In this document: piece by piece, positions 19,211 to 29,296 of the stretch | Layout of the letters: the number at the start of each line of letters is the position of its first letter | Numbering within the stretch: position 1 is the stretch's first letter | From: an uncultured virus (IMG/VR IMGVR_UViG_3300032677_000021) | Taxonomy: Duplodnaviria > Heunggongvirae > Uroviricota > Caudoviricetes | Length of the DNA: 64,000 nucleotides | IMG/VR virus record: IMGVR_UViG_3300032677_000021 | Direction: 5' to 3' (one strand) | The notes under the pieces: model-generated | Told to the model about the DNA's origin: nothing | The model's database searches: none | What the model saw: the letters and a program-made list of their open reading frames with translations, nothing else | Position numbers and translations under genes: made by a program

Positions 19211-19777
19211 ATGTCAGTATCATACACCGGCCCAGTCCGAATCTACAAATACAACAACCCAACAAACAACGGCGTAATCGCTCCAGATAACACTGGCGCA
19301 GCCCGCACAACTCAGCAAGCTGTAATTACCCCAATTACCGCAACAGCTAGTGCAGCTACTAACGTACCTACTTTTGCAGTTGGCCAAACTACAGCAACCC
19401 CATTAGTATTACCAGCTGGCGCAATTATTGAGAACATTAAGTTCTACCAAACAACTACACCTTCAGCTTTAACTGGTGGTGCTTACACAGTTCAATTGGC
19501 TGTTACAAACCCAACAACTGGTGCGGTAACCAACACAACAATCGGTACAATTACTCCTTCTACCACTCCTGGTATCGACACAATCAGCTTTGCAGCTACT
19601 GACGCAGCTACAGCTTTGTTGGCAAACATCGGTACATTGGACGCAACTATTGTATTTAACCAAGCTGCTATCAGTGCAATTACTGGTACATTGGCTGGTA
19701 CATTCAACGTAGAATATACACCACGTAACTACACTGGTTCGATCATCAACGTTGGCCAAGGTTACACAAACCAATAA
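19211..19777 (+). CDS. virion structural protein
   Basis: Thr/Ala-rich beta protein, LPAGAII motif. Confidence 0.6.
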   Translation: MSVSYTGPVRIYKYNNPTNNGVIAPDNTGAARTTQQAVITPITATASAATNVPTFAVGQTTATPLVLPAGAIIENIKFYQTTTPSALTGGAYTVQLAVTNPTTGAVTNTTIGTITPSTTPGIDTISFAATDAATALLANIGTLDATIVFNQAAISAITGTLAGTFNVEYTPRNYTGSIINVGQGYTNQ

Positions 19778-19829
19778 TAATTGCCTCGGGGGCTAACCGC
19801 CCCCGTACTAACTTTTAAAGGAAATTATT

Positions 19830-20627
19830 ATGGCACTCGTAACAAATCTACAAAATATCCCAGCAGCAGTTGAATCTGTTACCAAAGTCGGTCGTACAGA
19901 ACCATTTGATTTACAAGTTTCTCGTGGCCAAATCATGGGCCACTCTTTGGTCAACATTAATGGTTACAATGCAGCAGTGGCAGGCACATCAATCCCATTG
20001 TGGGAAAATGCAACAGCGTATACTTTCCCTAGCACTGCTTTAACTATGACTGTTGTAAGCTCATCTACAAGTGATGTAAGCCCCGCAAAAGTAACTATCA
20101 ACGGTCTTGACGCAAACTACAACCAATTAACTGAAGTAGTATCTCTAAACGGTACAACCGGTGTAACCACAGTTAACCAATTTTTACGCATTAACAGCAT
20201 TGTTATGACTGCAGTAGCTTCCGGTCAAACCAGCAATGCAGGCACAATTACCGTAAAAAATGGAAGCACAACTTATGCACAAATTAACCCCGGTTTAGGT
20301 CGTAGCCAAATGACAGTGTACACTGTCCCAAATGGATACACATTTTACCTTAATCGCATTAATGCTTGGTCTGGTAGTAGCTTGTCTAGCAACGTATACA
20401 TTTTTTACAATCTGACTAATACCACAAATGGCATCAATCTTTCTACCGCACAAATTAGCTTCACATTGTTTATGGATGTGCACCGTTATGCGCCAAATGT
20501 GTTTCAACAAAAAGCCGATTTGACTTTTGCTTTTTCAACGAGTGATAGTTCTTCTCAGCACGTTGCAGCATATATTGAAGGATTTTTGGTTCAAAACGAC
20601 GGTCAAGCGTTAGCATCAGCAATCTAA
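19830..20627 (+). CDS. virion structural protein
   Basis: Ser/Thr-rich, YTVPNGYTFY motif. Confidence 0.6.
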   Translation: MALVTNLQNIPAAVESVTKVGRTEPFDLQVSRGQIMGHSLVNINGYNAAVAGTSIPLWENATAYTFPSTALTMTVVSSSTSDVSPAKVTINGLDANYNQLTEVVSLNGTTGVTTVNQFLRINSIVMTAVASGQTSNAGTITVKNGSTTYAQINPGLGRSQMTVYTVPNGYTFYLNRINAWSGSSLSSNVYIFYNLTNTTNGINLSTAQISFTLFMDVHRYAPNVFQQKADLTFAFSTSDSSSQHVAAYIEGFLVQNDGQALASAI

Positions 20628-20636
20628 GGCGCTTAA

Positions 20637-21263
20637 ATGCCTGTCTACATTGATACAAGAGGTAATTCTGTCCTATCTGTAGCGGTCTGTGACCGCTGCA
20701 ATAGGAAGTTCGCCTATGTTGACCTCATGCCAGATCCAAACTTCCCTGGCATGCGGGTGTGCAAGGACGACCTGGATAACTTTGACCCATGGCGTTTGCC
20801 AGCACGTCAAACTGAAAACATTGCGTTACGTTTTCCGCGCCCAGACGTGGACATTGCCACTGGCCCAATTGGTGGTAACAATCTCTTAACAGAGACAGGC
20901 TTTACAGCTCAGAACGACATCTTTATTGAAGGCACTGACGGTACTTACGCAAATGGTACCGGCGACTTAAACAAAGCAAGTAACGTTGTACCATCACCAA
21001 TGGTATTAAACCCATACGTGTACGGTGTTTCACCAAACACAGGTCCAAAAGCTGGAAATACATTCGTAATTATCACCGGCGCAAACTTCACAGATGTAAA
21101 CACGGTTACATTCGGTGGTGTAATAACACCATTTGAATTAATTAACTCTACTCAAATAAACGCAATGACACCAGCATACCCAATTACCGGTTTGGTGGAC
21201 GTTGCTGTAATTTCTCCATTTGGCACTGGCACCTCTCACGGTGCTTTCACATATACAACATAA
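20637..21263 (+). CDS. Cys-motif protein with C-terminal IPT/TIG Ig-like domain
   Basis: CDRC...VC; VSPNTGPKAGNT.V.ITGANF..V.FG. Confidence 0.7.
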   Translation: MPVYIDTRGNSVLSVAVCDRCNRKFAYVDLMPDPNFPGMRVCKDDLDNFDPWRLPARQTENIALRFPRPDVDIATGPIGGNNLLTETGFTAQNDIFIEGTDGTYANGTGDLNKASNVVPSPMVLNPYVYGVSPNTGPKAGNTFVIITGANFTDVNTVTFGGVITPFELINSTQINAMTPAYPITGLVDVAVISPFGTGTSHGAFTYTT

Positions 21264-21266
21264 TAA

Positions 21267-22838
21267 ATGGCCGATCAGTCGATAACCCAGCTACCCATAG
21301 CCACCACGTTAACTGGTGACGAACAGGTACCTGTAGTACAACGAGGTGTTACCAAGCAGGCTTCTGTATCCCAGATTGCCAACGCAGCTTCGCCTGGTAA
21401 ACTGATTACCAACATTGTTTACAACCCGTCAAACGGCGATTTAATTATCTACTACAGCGACGGCTCGACCGAAGTTGTTGGTCCAGTATCCGGCTGGTCT
21501 GGATATAGTGGTTTTTCTGGATATAGTGGCTTTAGCGGATTTAGCGGCTATAGTGGTATCAGTGGCTACAGTGGCAAATCAGGATTTAGCGGCTACAGCG
21601 GTTACAGTGGCTCCGGCATATCTGGTTATAGTGGTTCAGGCATTTCCGGTTACAGCGGAGCATCAGGCTACAGCGGTATATCTGGTTACAGTGGTTACTC
21701 TAGCTTTAGTGGCTATAGTGGTATATCAGGCTATAGTGGTATATCAGGCTATAGTGGTTCAGGTATATCTGGGTATAGCGGTTCGGGTATTTCTGGGTAT
21801 TCGGGGTATAGTGGTTTAGGTATATCTGGTTACAGCGGTATTTCGGGATATAGTGGTATCTCAGGCTATAGTGGTGTATCTGGCTATAGTGGTATATCTG
21901 GCTATAGTGGTATATCTGGCTATAGTGGTATATCTGGCTATAGTGGTATATCTGGCTATAGTGGTATATCTGGCTATAGTGGTATATCTGGCTATAGTGG
22001 TATATCTGGCTATAGTGGTTCGGGTGTATCTGGCTACAGCGGTTCGGGTATTTCGGGATATTCTGGATATAGTGGTTTAGGATTATCAGGCTATAGTGGA
22101 ATTTCAGGATATAGCGGCGTATCTGGATATAGTGGATTTAGTGGTATTTCTGGCTACAGTGGTTCTGGTATTTCTGGCTATAGTGGATTCAGTGGATTCA
22201 GTGGATTCAGTGGTATTTCTGGCTATAGTGGATTCAGTGGTATTTCTGGCTATAGTGGATTCAGTGGTATTTCTGGCTATAGTGGATTCAGTGGTATTTC
22301 TGGCTATAGTGGTATCTCAGGCTATAGTGGCTCCGGTATTTCTGGTTACAGTGGTTCTGGTATATCGGGCTATTCTGGTATCTCTGGCTATAGCGGTTCT
22401 GGTATTTCTGGCTATAGTGGAATATCGGGCTATAGCGGTTCTGGTATCTCTGGCTATAGCGGTTCTGGTATATCAGGCTACTCTGGTTATTCTGGTTACT
22501 CTGGCGCAAACACCTATGTTGCACCTAGGGTTACTTCAACAACCAGCGCGTCATCCATCACACCAAACGCCGGAACAACAGACCAGTACGAAGTTACCGC
22601 GTTGGCTACTGGCCTTACTATCAATGCGCCAAGTGGCAGCCCAGTGGACGCTCAAAAACTAATTATCCGTATTTTGGATAACGGCACATCACAAACTTTA
22701 TCTTGGAACTCAATTTACAGAATTGTGGGAACAACCTTGCCAACTTCAACAACAATCAATAAAATATTGTATGTTGGATGTATTTACAATACGGCTTCCA
22801 CAACTTGGGACGTAATTGCTTTAGCACAACAAGCTTAA
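21267..22838 (+). CDS. tail fibre with (Ser-Gly-X)n collagen-like repeat
   Basis: ITQLP..anchor, ~340 aa of SG[Y/I/F/S] triplets, distinct C-terminal domain. Confidence 0.75.
   Translation: MADQSITQLPIATTLTGDEQVPVVQRGVTKQASVSQIANAASPGKLITNIVYNPSNGDLIIYYSDGSTEVVGPVSGWSGYSGFSGYSGFSGFSGYSGISGYSGKSGFSGYSGYSGSGISGYSGSGISGYSGASGYSGISGYSGYSSFSGYSGISGYSGISGYSGSGISGYSGSGISGYSGYSGLGISGYSGISGYSGISGYSGVSGYSGISGYSGISGYSGISGYSGISGYSGISGYSGISGYSGISGYSGSGVSGYSGSGISGYSGYSGLGLSGYSGISGYSGVSGYSGFSGISGYSGSGISGYSGFSGFSGFSGISGYSGFSGISGYSGFSGISGYSGFSGISGYSGISGYSGSGISGYSGSGISGYSGISGYSGSGISGYSGISGYSGSGISGYSGSGISGYSGYSGYSGANTYVAPRVTSTTSASSITPNAGTTDQYEVTALATGLTINAPSGSPVDAQKLIIRILDNGTSQTLSWNSIYRIVGTTLPTSTTINKILYVGCIYNTASTTWDVIALAQQA
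21889..22019 (+). repeat. perfect 18-bp tandem repeat (SGYSGI) inside the fibre gene
   Basis: TCTGGCTATAGTGGTATA about seven times. Confidence 0.85.
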
Positions 22839-22839
22839 T

Positions 22840-23040
22840 ATGACTACTTGCGCTGTCTGCCAACTCTCGGATGGTTTAGTAATTAACATAATTATTGCTG
22901 AACCAACTGACCCATGTCCGTATCCTGATTGCCAGCTTATCGTTACCCCTGACGCAGATGGGAATGACGCACAAATAGGCTGGATATGGAACGGCACAGA
23001 TTTTATCGACCCTAATGCACCAATTGAGGTAGCGCAATAA
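22840..23040 (+). CDS. small tail-fibre-associated protein
   Basis: V.NII...IGW.W.G..F motif, between fibre genes. Confidence 0.6.
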   Translation: MTTCAVCQLSDGLVINIIIAEPTDPCPYPDCQLIVTPDADGNDAQIGWIWNGTDFIDPNAPIEVAQ

Positions 23041-25031
23041 TGGCTACTTACTATTGGGTTGGTGGAACAGGCACCTGGAATACGTCTAGCAATACTAACT
23101 GGGCATTAACTTCAGGGGGAGTAGGTGGATTAGTAGGGCCTCCAACTTCTTCCGATGATGCTGTAATTGATACAAACTCAGGAACAGGAACAATTTTTTG
23201 CACAGGAGCAGTTTGTAATAACTTAACTGTTACTGCTTCTCAAGCTATTAATTTAGGAACAACAGCATCAACATATTCTGTATATGGAAATTTAACTTTT
23301 CCATCAGGCGGTTCATTTAATGCGTCTACCAGTAATGCCACAGTTACTTTTGCGGCTACTACAACAGGAAAAACCATTACTACAAATGGTAAATCTTTGG
23401 CAATAGTTATTTTTAATGGTGTTGGAGGTGGTTGGACTTTAGGAAGTGCTTTAACAACAACAGGAGCAATAACCTTAACCAATGGTAGTTTAAATACTGG
23501 AAATTACAATATTTCTTGCGCCAGTTTTGTTTATAGCGCAACAGGAACAGCAACTTTAACACTTGGCACTTCTACAATTACATTAAGTAACTCAGGAACA
23601 ATGTGGTCATTTGCTACAACCACAGGTCTTACATTTAGCGGTGCCTCTTCTACTATTGTTTTATCTAGCACATCAACAGCAACTAGGACATTTGCTGGTG
23701 GTGGGTTAACTTATGGAACATTAACCATAGGTGGTGCTACTGGAATTTCCAACCTTACTATTTCAGGTTCAAATACATTTTCTACATTAAATAGTCAAAA
23801 AACAGTAGCAAACACTATTATTTTTCCATCTGCTACTACAACAACTATTGGAACTTGGTCTGTCAGTGGTTCTTCTGGTAATCCAGTAACAGTTGTTAGT
23901 AATTCTTCAGGAGCATCTGCGACATTAACAATTACCAATCAAACATCAGGAGTTGATTATCTAATTGTTCAGGATATAACCTCTAACCTTGCTCCAGTTA
24001 CTTTTTACGCTGGAACTCATACCCAATTAAATTCAAATGTGCTTGGTGTTGCAGCTACTACACCTACGGCAAACCAATATGTTTATGTATTAACTGGCGG
24101 AACCTCTTGGACGGTTCCTGCAAACTGGAATAACTCTAACAATGCTATTCACCTTTTTGGTGGCGGCGGCGGCGGCGCAGGTTCTTACTATTCTGCTCCC
24201 AACGGAGCTGGCGGAGCTGGCGGTGGTGGTGGTGGGTATACAAAAGCAACCAATTTAACCTTATCTGGCAGTGTTTCTTATGCTGTAGGCGCAGGTGGCA
24301 CTGCCGCATTTGTTGGTTCAAATGGTGGTGCTGGTGGCTCTACTACCTTTAACTCAGGCGCTTATTCTGCTGGAGGCGGGGGTGGCGGGGTTTCAACCAC
24401 AACATCTTCAACTGGCGGAAGTGGTGGAGCAGGCTCCACTTATAATGGCGGTTCTGGCGGTTCCGGCGCACTAATCACTGTTGCAGGAAACGGAGTTGGC
24501 GGTGGCGGTGGTGGTGGTGCTGGTGGCCCATTAGGGGTTGGAGGAACTGGCGGTAATGGTTCATTTAGTACAGGTTCGGCTAGTTATGGCGGTGGCGGTG
24601 GTGGTGGTAATGGAGGAGGATCTGCTGGTGGAAATGCTATCGTAGCCACTTCTTCGGGTGCTGGGGGTAATAACAACGCGGGTTCCGGCGGCGGCGCAGC
24701 CGTAACTTCTGCAGGAAAAGGTAACCCTGGATTTAGTGGCGGCGGCGGTTCTGGTGGTCTTGGAAATTCAATCTCAACCGGCGGCATAGGCGGCGTCGGA
24801 ACTGATGTTGTTGGTATGGGTGGTGGTGGTGGTGAAGGTGGAACATCAGGTAACACAGTCCCCGCATCAAATACATCTTACTTTGGCGGCGGTGGCGGTG
24901 GCGGAGGTTTACCGCTTTCCGATGCAACGGGTAGGGGTGGTGCTGGCGCACAAGGCGGTATTATTATTGTTTATAAACTTGTTGGGGCAATTACTAATTT
25001 CAACTTCTTTGCCTTTTTTAACGGCGCTTAA
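23040..25031 (+). CDS. Gly-rich tail fibre / receptor-binding protein
   Basis: YWVGGTGTW beta-helix-like N-terminus, poly-Gly C-terminal domain ending GGIIIVY. Confidence 0.7.
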   Translation: MATYYWVGGTGTWNTSSNTNWALTSGGVGGLVGPPTSSDDAVIDTNSGTGTIFCTGAVCNNLTVTASQAINLGTTASTYSVYGNLTFPSGGSFNASTSNATVTFAATTTGKTITTNGKSLAIVIFNGVGGGWTLGSALTTTGAITLTNGSLNTGNYNISCASFVYSATGTATLTLGTSTITLSNSGTMWSFATTTGLTFSGASSTIVLSSTSTATRTFAGGGLTYGTLTIGGATGISNLTISGSNTFSTLNSQKTVANTIIFPSATTTTIGTWSVSGSSGNPVTVVSNSSGASATLTITNQTSGVDYLIVQDITSNLAPVTFYAGTHTQLNSNVLGVAATTPTANQYVYVLTGGTSWTVPANWNNSNNAIHLFGGGGGGAGSYYSAPNGAGGAGGGGGGYTKATNLTLSGSVSYAVGAGGTAAFVGSNGGAGGSTTFNSGAYSAGGGGGGVSTTTSSTGGSGGAGSTYNGGSGGSGALITVAGNGVGGGGGGGAGGPLGVGGTGGNGSFSTGSASYGGGGGGGNGGGSAGGNAIVATSSGAGGNNNAGSGGGAAVTSAGKGNPGFSGGGGSGGLGNSISTGGIGGVGTDVVGMGGGGGEGGTSGNTVPASNTSYFGGGGGGGGLPLSDATGRGGAGAQGGIIIVYKLVGAITNFNFFAFFNGA

Positions 25032-25051
25032 AAGCCTTTTTGCGTATTAGT
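25022..25051 (+). promoter_or_regulatory. phage promoter CGGC-N14-TT-GCGTATTAGT (glycosyltransferase cassette)
   Basis: exact core with the TT extension and a near-GGGC box. Confidence 0.8.
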
Positions 25052-25099
25052 GGTAGTAGGACGATATAATATAGGTTCGTACGAACTTGACAGGAATAC

Positions 25100-26326
25100 A
25101 TGAAATATAGCATTGTAATACCAACTTACAATAACTGCGAGAAGTACTTAAAGCCGTGTATTGATTCAATAATTAAATACACTAACATGGACGACGTAGA
25201 GCTGATTATATCGGCCAACGGGTGTACAGACAATACAGAAGCGTATTTACGCTACTTAACAACAGCAGTACCGCACTTTAGAATGTGTTGGAGTGATACT
25301 CCACTTGGGTTTGCTAAGGCTACAAACGCAGGAATTAAAAAGGCGAGAGCCCGTAAAATTGTACTGCTAAACAACGACACCGTAATATTAGGACCCAACT
25401 GGCTGGAAAAGCTAGACGCTAATACAGACATCGCAGCAGTTTGGACACAGTTTTCTCAAATTACACAGAGCCGTTTTGTTGTATTTTTCTGTGTAATGAT
25501 TGACCGCAAAGTGTTTGATGAGGTTGGTTTACTGAACGAATCTTATGGTGTTGGCGGCTGTGAGGACATTGAGTTTTGCTACAAGGCTGAAAAGTTAGGC
25601 TTCAAAATTGCAGCCAACTGGGACGATGGAACGTTCCCAATCTACCACAAGGCTGAGGGTACAGTACACGACACAGAGCTAGTACAAAATTGGGATAATA
25701 TCTTTTTGCTAAATGAGCTCAAGTTAGCAAAGAAATACAATCCTGAGTGGTATAGATGGCGCTTGTCAAATAACTACGAGCGCGCTGTGTTCCTAAAAGG
25801 CGATCCAGTGTTTCCAAGAGAAACGCAAAGATACGAATGGGCAGCACAAAATATTACAGGCAATAGCGTATTTGAAATTGGTTGCTCGACTGGCTATGGT
25901 AGGCAGTTTTTTAATAACTACATTAACTACCTTGGGTTAGACTATGACCCAATTATTGTTGATGTTGCCAAAGAGCAAAACTGGGACGGACCTAATAACC
26001 TATTTGTTAGCGGGGACATTAACCAGTTTATTTTAGGCGATTATGACACCATAATTGCGTTTGAGGTAGTGGAGCATATAGACAATGGTTTGGAGGTCGT
26101 AGATAGGCTAAAAAGCCACTGCAAACGTCTTTTAATCACGGTACCTCATAATGAGCCAAAAGGCTTTTGGGGTGAGCATCATAAGCTGCACGGTTTAACT
26201 GAAAAAGACTTTCCTGGCTTTAAGTTTGCGTACATCAACCACGCAGGCAACATATCAGATGTAATGGAGCCAGTGTCAGAAAGCAACCTTAGCAATTTAA
26301 TGATTTGCAGGTGGGACAATGAGTAA
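25100..26326 (+). CDS. GT2 glycosyltransferase fused to a SAM-dependent methyltransferase
   Basis: SIVIPTYN, LLNNDT, EDIEF; then EIGCSTGYG, FEVVEH, ITVP. Confidence 0.85.
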   Translation: MKYSIVIPTYNNCEKYLKPCIDSIIKYTNMDDVELIISANGCTDNTEAYLRYLTTAVPHFRMCWSDTPLGFAKATNAGIKKARARKIVLLNNDTVILGPNWLEKLDANTDIAAVWTQFSQITQSRFVVFFCVMIDRKVFDEVGLLNESYGVGGCEDIEFCYKAEKLGFKIAANWDDGTFPIYHKAEGTVHDTELVQNWDNIFLLNELKLAKKYNPEWYRWRLSNNYERAVFLKGDPVFPRETQRYEWAAQNITGNSVFEIGCSTGYGRQFFNNYINYLGLDYDPIIVDVAKEQNWDGPNNLFVSGDINQFILGDYDTIIAFEVVEHIDNGLEVVDRLKSHCKRLLITVPHNEPKGFWGEHHKLHGLTEKDFPGFKFAYINHAGNISDVMEPVSESNLSNLMICRWDNE

Positions 26327-27296
26327 AGTACTGTGCTCTATAGCAACACGGGGGCGGTACTTCACAACACTGCCACTAGTATTAAACGCTATTATCAACC
26401 AAACAAAATTACCTGACGCATTGGTAATCTTTGACGATAATGACGAACCACAAGACATGCGAAAAGAGATGATATATTCATACTTTTTTCAGATGTTAGA
26501 CGCAAAAGGTGTTAAGTGGGAATGGAATTTTGCTGGTAAAAAAGGTCAGCACCACATACACCAAACAGCAAACTTGTCAGGATACGAATGGGTGTGGCGC
26601 GTCGACGATGACGCTATTCCAGAACCCAATGTATTAGCTGAATTGTATGATTGGGCAACAGGTACTGTTTATAACGTGGGTGCAGTAGGTGGTTCGATAT
26701 TAACGCCACCGTACATGCCAGACACTAGTAAAGTAACCGGGTTAATTGACAACATTGATAACGAACCCAATATCCAATGGGGCAAGATTGAAAGGCATAA
26801 AGAAGTTGAGCATCTACACTGTTCTTTCTTATATCGTGCTGGGATCGCTGATTATAATCTGGGCCTTTCACGAGTAGCGCATCGAGAAGAGACGCTGTTT
26901 ACCTATCAGCTGCAACAAAAAGGATACAGCATTTTAGCAGTACCGAACGCAGTAACTTGGCACATGAAGAATCCTCAAGGTGGGATTCGTAGCGAAACAA
27001 GCGAGGAGATGTATAAGCATGACGAACAAATTTTTAGAAATATTATTAGATTTCGTGATCGCACCGTTGTGGTTCTTAATTGTGGTCTTGGCGACCATAT
27101 TGTATTCAGCCACATACTTCCTTCAATACCTCGCGCTGAAGTTTTTAGCTGTTACCCTGAAGTTATTCCCGGAAAACCTATAGCAGAAGCTATACAACTG
27201 TTTGGGGACATTGACCAGTGGAACATCTACAAAAAGATGGACCAATGGAAATGGAAAGATAGTTTAGAAAATGCGTATAGGAAGATGTATTTATGA
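26319..27296 (+). CDS. GT2 glycosyltransferase with a C-terminal GT9-like N-lobe
   Basis: VIFDD, RVDDD, HREET; tail VLNCGLGDHIVF. Confidence 0.75.
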   Translation: MSKVLCSIATRGRYFTTLPLVLNAIINQTKLPDALVIFDDNDEPQDMRKEMIYSYFFQMLDAKGVKWEWNFAGKKGQHHIHQTANLSGYEWVWRVDDDAIPEPNVLAELYDWATGTVYNVGAVGGSILTPPYMPDTSKVTGLIDNIDNEPNIQWGKIERHKEVEHLHCSFLYRAGIADYNLGLSRVAHREETLFTYQLQQKGYSILAVPNAVTWHMKNPQGGIRSETSEEMYKHDEQIFRNIIRFRDRTVVVLNCGLGDHIVFSHILPSIPRAEVFSCYPEVIPGKPIAEAIQLFGDIDQWNIYKKMDQWKWKDSLENAYRKMYL

Positions 27297-27733
27297 TAAT
27301 CATAGCTCCGTACGCACAAAAGTTAAGAACAGGTAAAGAAAACCCAAAAAACTATCCACATTGGGAAGAACTTGTACAAGAATTGCAAAAAACTATGCAC
27401 GTTGTGCAAGTTGGTGTAAAAGGTGAAAAACAACTAGTGCCAGACTTTAGGACTAACTTACCGATTACATCTTTGCGAGAATTATTAAGACAGTGTAAAA
27501 CCTGGATTGGGGTTGATAGCTTTTTTCAACACCTAGCTTGGGATGAAGGCAAGCCAGGAATTGTACTGTGGGGTCCATCGGATCCACTAATATTTGGGCA
27601 CCCTGAAAACATTAATCTACTAAAAGACCGATCACATTTAATAGAAAATCAATTTGTATGGTGGGAAGCCACCGAGCACCAAAACGATCGCTTTGTAAAA
27701 CCACAAGAAATATTAGAGCATCTAAAGGAATAA
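27293..27733 (+). CDS. GT9 (heptosyltransferase-like) C-terminal lobe
   Basis: KNYPHW, VQVG, IGVDSFFQHLA, VLWGPSDP. Confidence 0.8.
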   Translation: MIIIAPYAQKLRTGKENPKNYPHWEELVQELQKTMHVVQVGVKGEKQLVPDFRTNLPITSLRELLRQCKTWIGVDSFFQHLAWDEGKPGIVLWGPSDPLIFGHPENINLLKDRSHLIENQFVWWEATEHQNDRFVKPQEILEHLKE

Positions 27734-27736
27734 ACC

Positions 27737-29296
27737 ATGGCCCAATCAGGCTACACACCGATTTCAATATACCACAGTACTACCCCTGGTAATGCACCAA
27801 CCACAGCCCAATTGGTTAGTGGTGAGCTTGCGTTAAATATTCCAGACGGTAAGCTGTACTACCTCAGTACTTCTGGTACTGTAAATTCGTTTGTTGGTGG
27901 GTCTGGTATTTCGGGTGTGAGCGGCTACAGTGGCTACAGTGGCGCAACTGGTATGGGGACAAGCGGCTACAGTGGTTACAGTGGCTACAGTGGTGGCACT
28001 GGATCAAACGGTGCTTCAGGATACAGTGGTTTTAGTGGGTTCTCTGGCTACAGTGGTTCTGGTATTTCTGGCTACAGCGGTTCTGGTGTTTCTGGCTACA
28101 GCGGCTACTCTGGATACTCAGGTGCAACCGGCGCCAATGGAGCTTCAGGTGCTAGCGGCTATAGCGGTTCTGGCTTTTCAGGATACTCTGGCTTTAGTGG
28201 CTTTAATGGCGCAACGGGACCTACAGGTAATTCAGGAACCAGCGGTTATAGCGGCTACAGCGGAGTTAACGGCATTTCAGGTTACAGCGGCTACAGTGGC
28301 TACAGTGGATTTAGTGGCTCTGGTATTTCTGGATTCTCTGGTTACTCAGGTCAACCTGGTGCCGCAGCAGCTAGCGGATACTCTGGATACAGCGGCGCAC
28401 AAGGCGCATCTGGATACAGTGGTACTGCAGGGGCTTCCGGATTCTCTGGTATTTCAGGATACAGCGGTTCTGGTATTTCTGGTTACAGTGGCTTCTCAGG
28501 ATATTCCGGCCTTCCAGCAGCTTCTACAGCTAACTCCATAACGTTTAACTCAAGTGGTACCGGCGGTACGTCCCCCGTTGTATTTAACGGTAGTTCAGCT
28601 CAAACAATTTCCTACAATACTATTGGCGCAGCCTCCATTTCAGGTTCAAATGCAACCGGTACTTGGCCTATTGGTATTAGTGGAACCGCTACTACTGCAA
28701 CAAATCAGTCTGGCGGTACTGTAAACGCAACAAGCATTCAGTACAGCACAACACTAACTGGTGGTACTGGTGTAATTACAATTGGTTCGGGTCAATTGTA
28801 CAAAGATACTAGTGGTAACTTCGGTGTTAATACTGGCTATACTTCTGGCACCTTACCAGGCACTTTATATGTTAAAGGCGGCAACGGCAATACATTGTTG
28901 CTAGACGCATCTAGTGGTAGCATATTTACCGCACTTGGGCTTTACAACAACGGTACAGCAGAAGCCCAAATGTACTGGACACAAAACGGTTCAAGCTCGA
29001 ATTTAGCTTTAGAGACTGAAGGTAGCTGGCCAATTCTGTTTAAGATTGGTACCGTTGAGCGTGTACGTGTGACTCCTTTTGGTGGACTATCTGTTGGTAC
29101 CACAACGGATCCTGGAACAGGTAATTTATTAGTTAATGGTACTGCGCAAGCAACTAGCTTTAATACAACTAACTTCTCTATTAAACAAGTTGGTAGCAAA
29201 CTGTATTTCTATTATGGTTCTACAGCAATCGCTTCCATGGACTCATCTGGTAACTTTGTAGCATTGGCTAACGTAACTGCTTACGGAACACCATAA
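27737..29296 (+). CDS. second (Ser-Gly-X)n tail fibre
   Basis: GELALN..DGKLY anchor, SG triplets, ERVRVT..G.L.VGTT, ANVTAY C-terminus. Confidence 0.75.
   Translation: MAQSGYTPISIYHSTTPGNAPTTAQLVSGELALNIPDGKLYYLSTSGTVNSFVGGSGISGVSGYSGYSGATGMGTSGYSGYSGYSGGTGSNGASGYSGFSGFSGYSGSGISGYSGSGVSGYSGYSGYSGATGANGASGASGYSGSGFSGYSGFSGFNGATGPTGNSGTSGYSGYSGVNGISGYSGYSGYSGFSGSGISGFSGYSGQPGAAAASGYSGYSGAQGASGYSGTAGASGFSGISGYSGSGISGYSGFSGYSGLPAASTANSITFNSSGTGGTSPVVFNGSSAQTISYNTIGAASISGSNATGTWPIGISGTATTATNQSGGTVNATSIQYSTTLTGGTGVITIGSGQLYKDTSGNFGVNTGYTSGTLPGTLYVKGGNGNTLLLDASSGSIFTALGLYNNGTAEAQMYWTQNGSSSNLALETEGSWPILFKIGTVERVRVTPFGGLSVGTTTDPGTGNLLVNGTAQATSFNTTNFSIKQVGSKLYFYYGSTAIASMDSSGNFVALANVTAYGTP

Noticed and set aside
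21475..22662. Hydrophobic alternative-frame ORFs (LAIVVY repeats)
   Set aside because: By-products of the stop-free repeat in the fibre gene; also true for 27930-28541 and the ORFs antisense to the 41.6-kb and 45.3-kb repeats.
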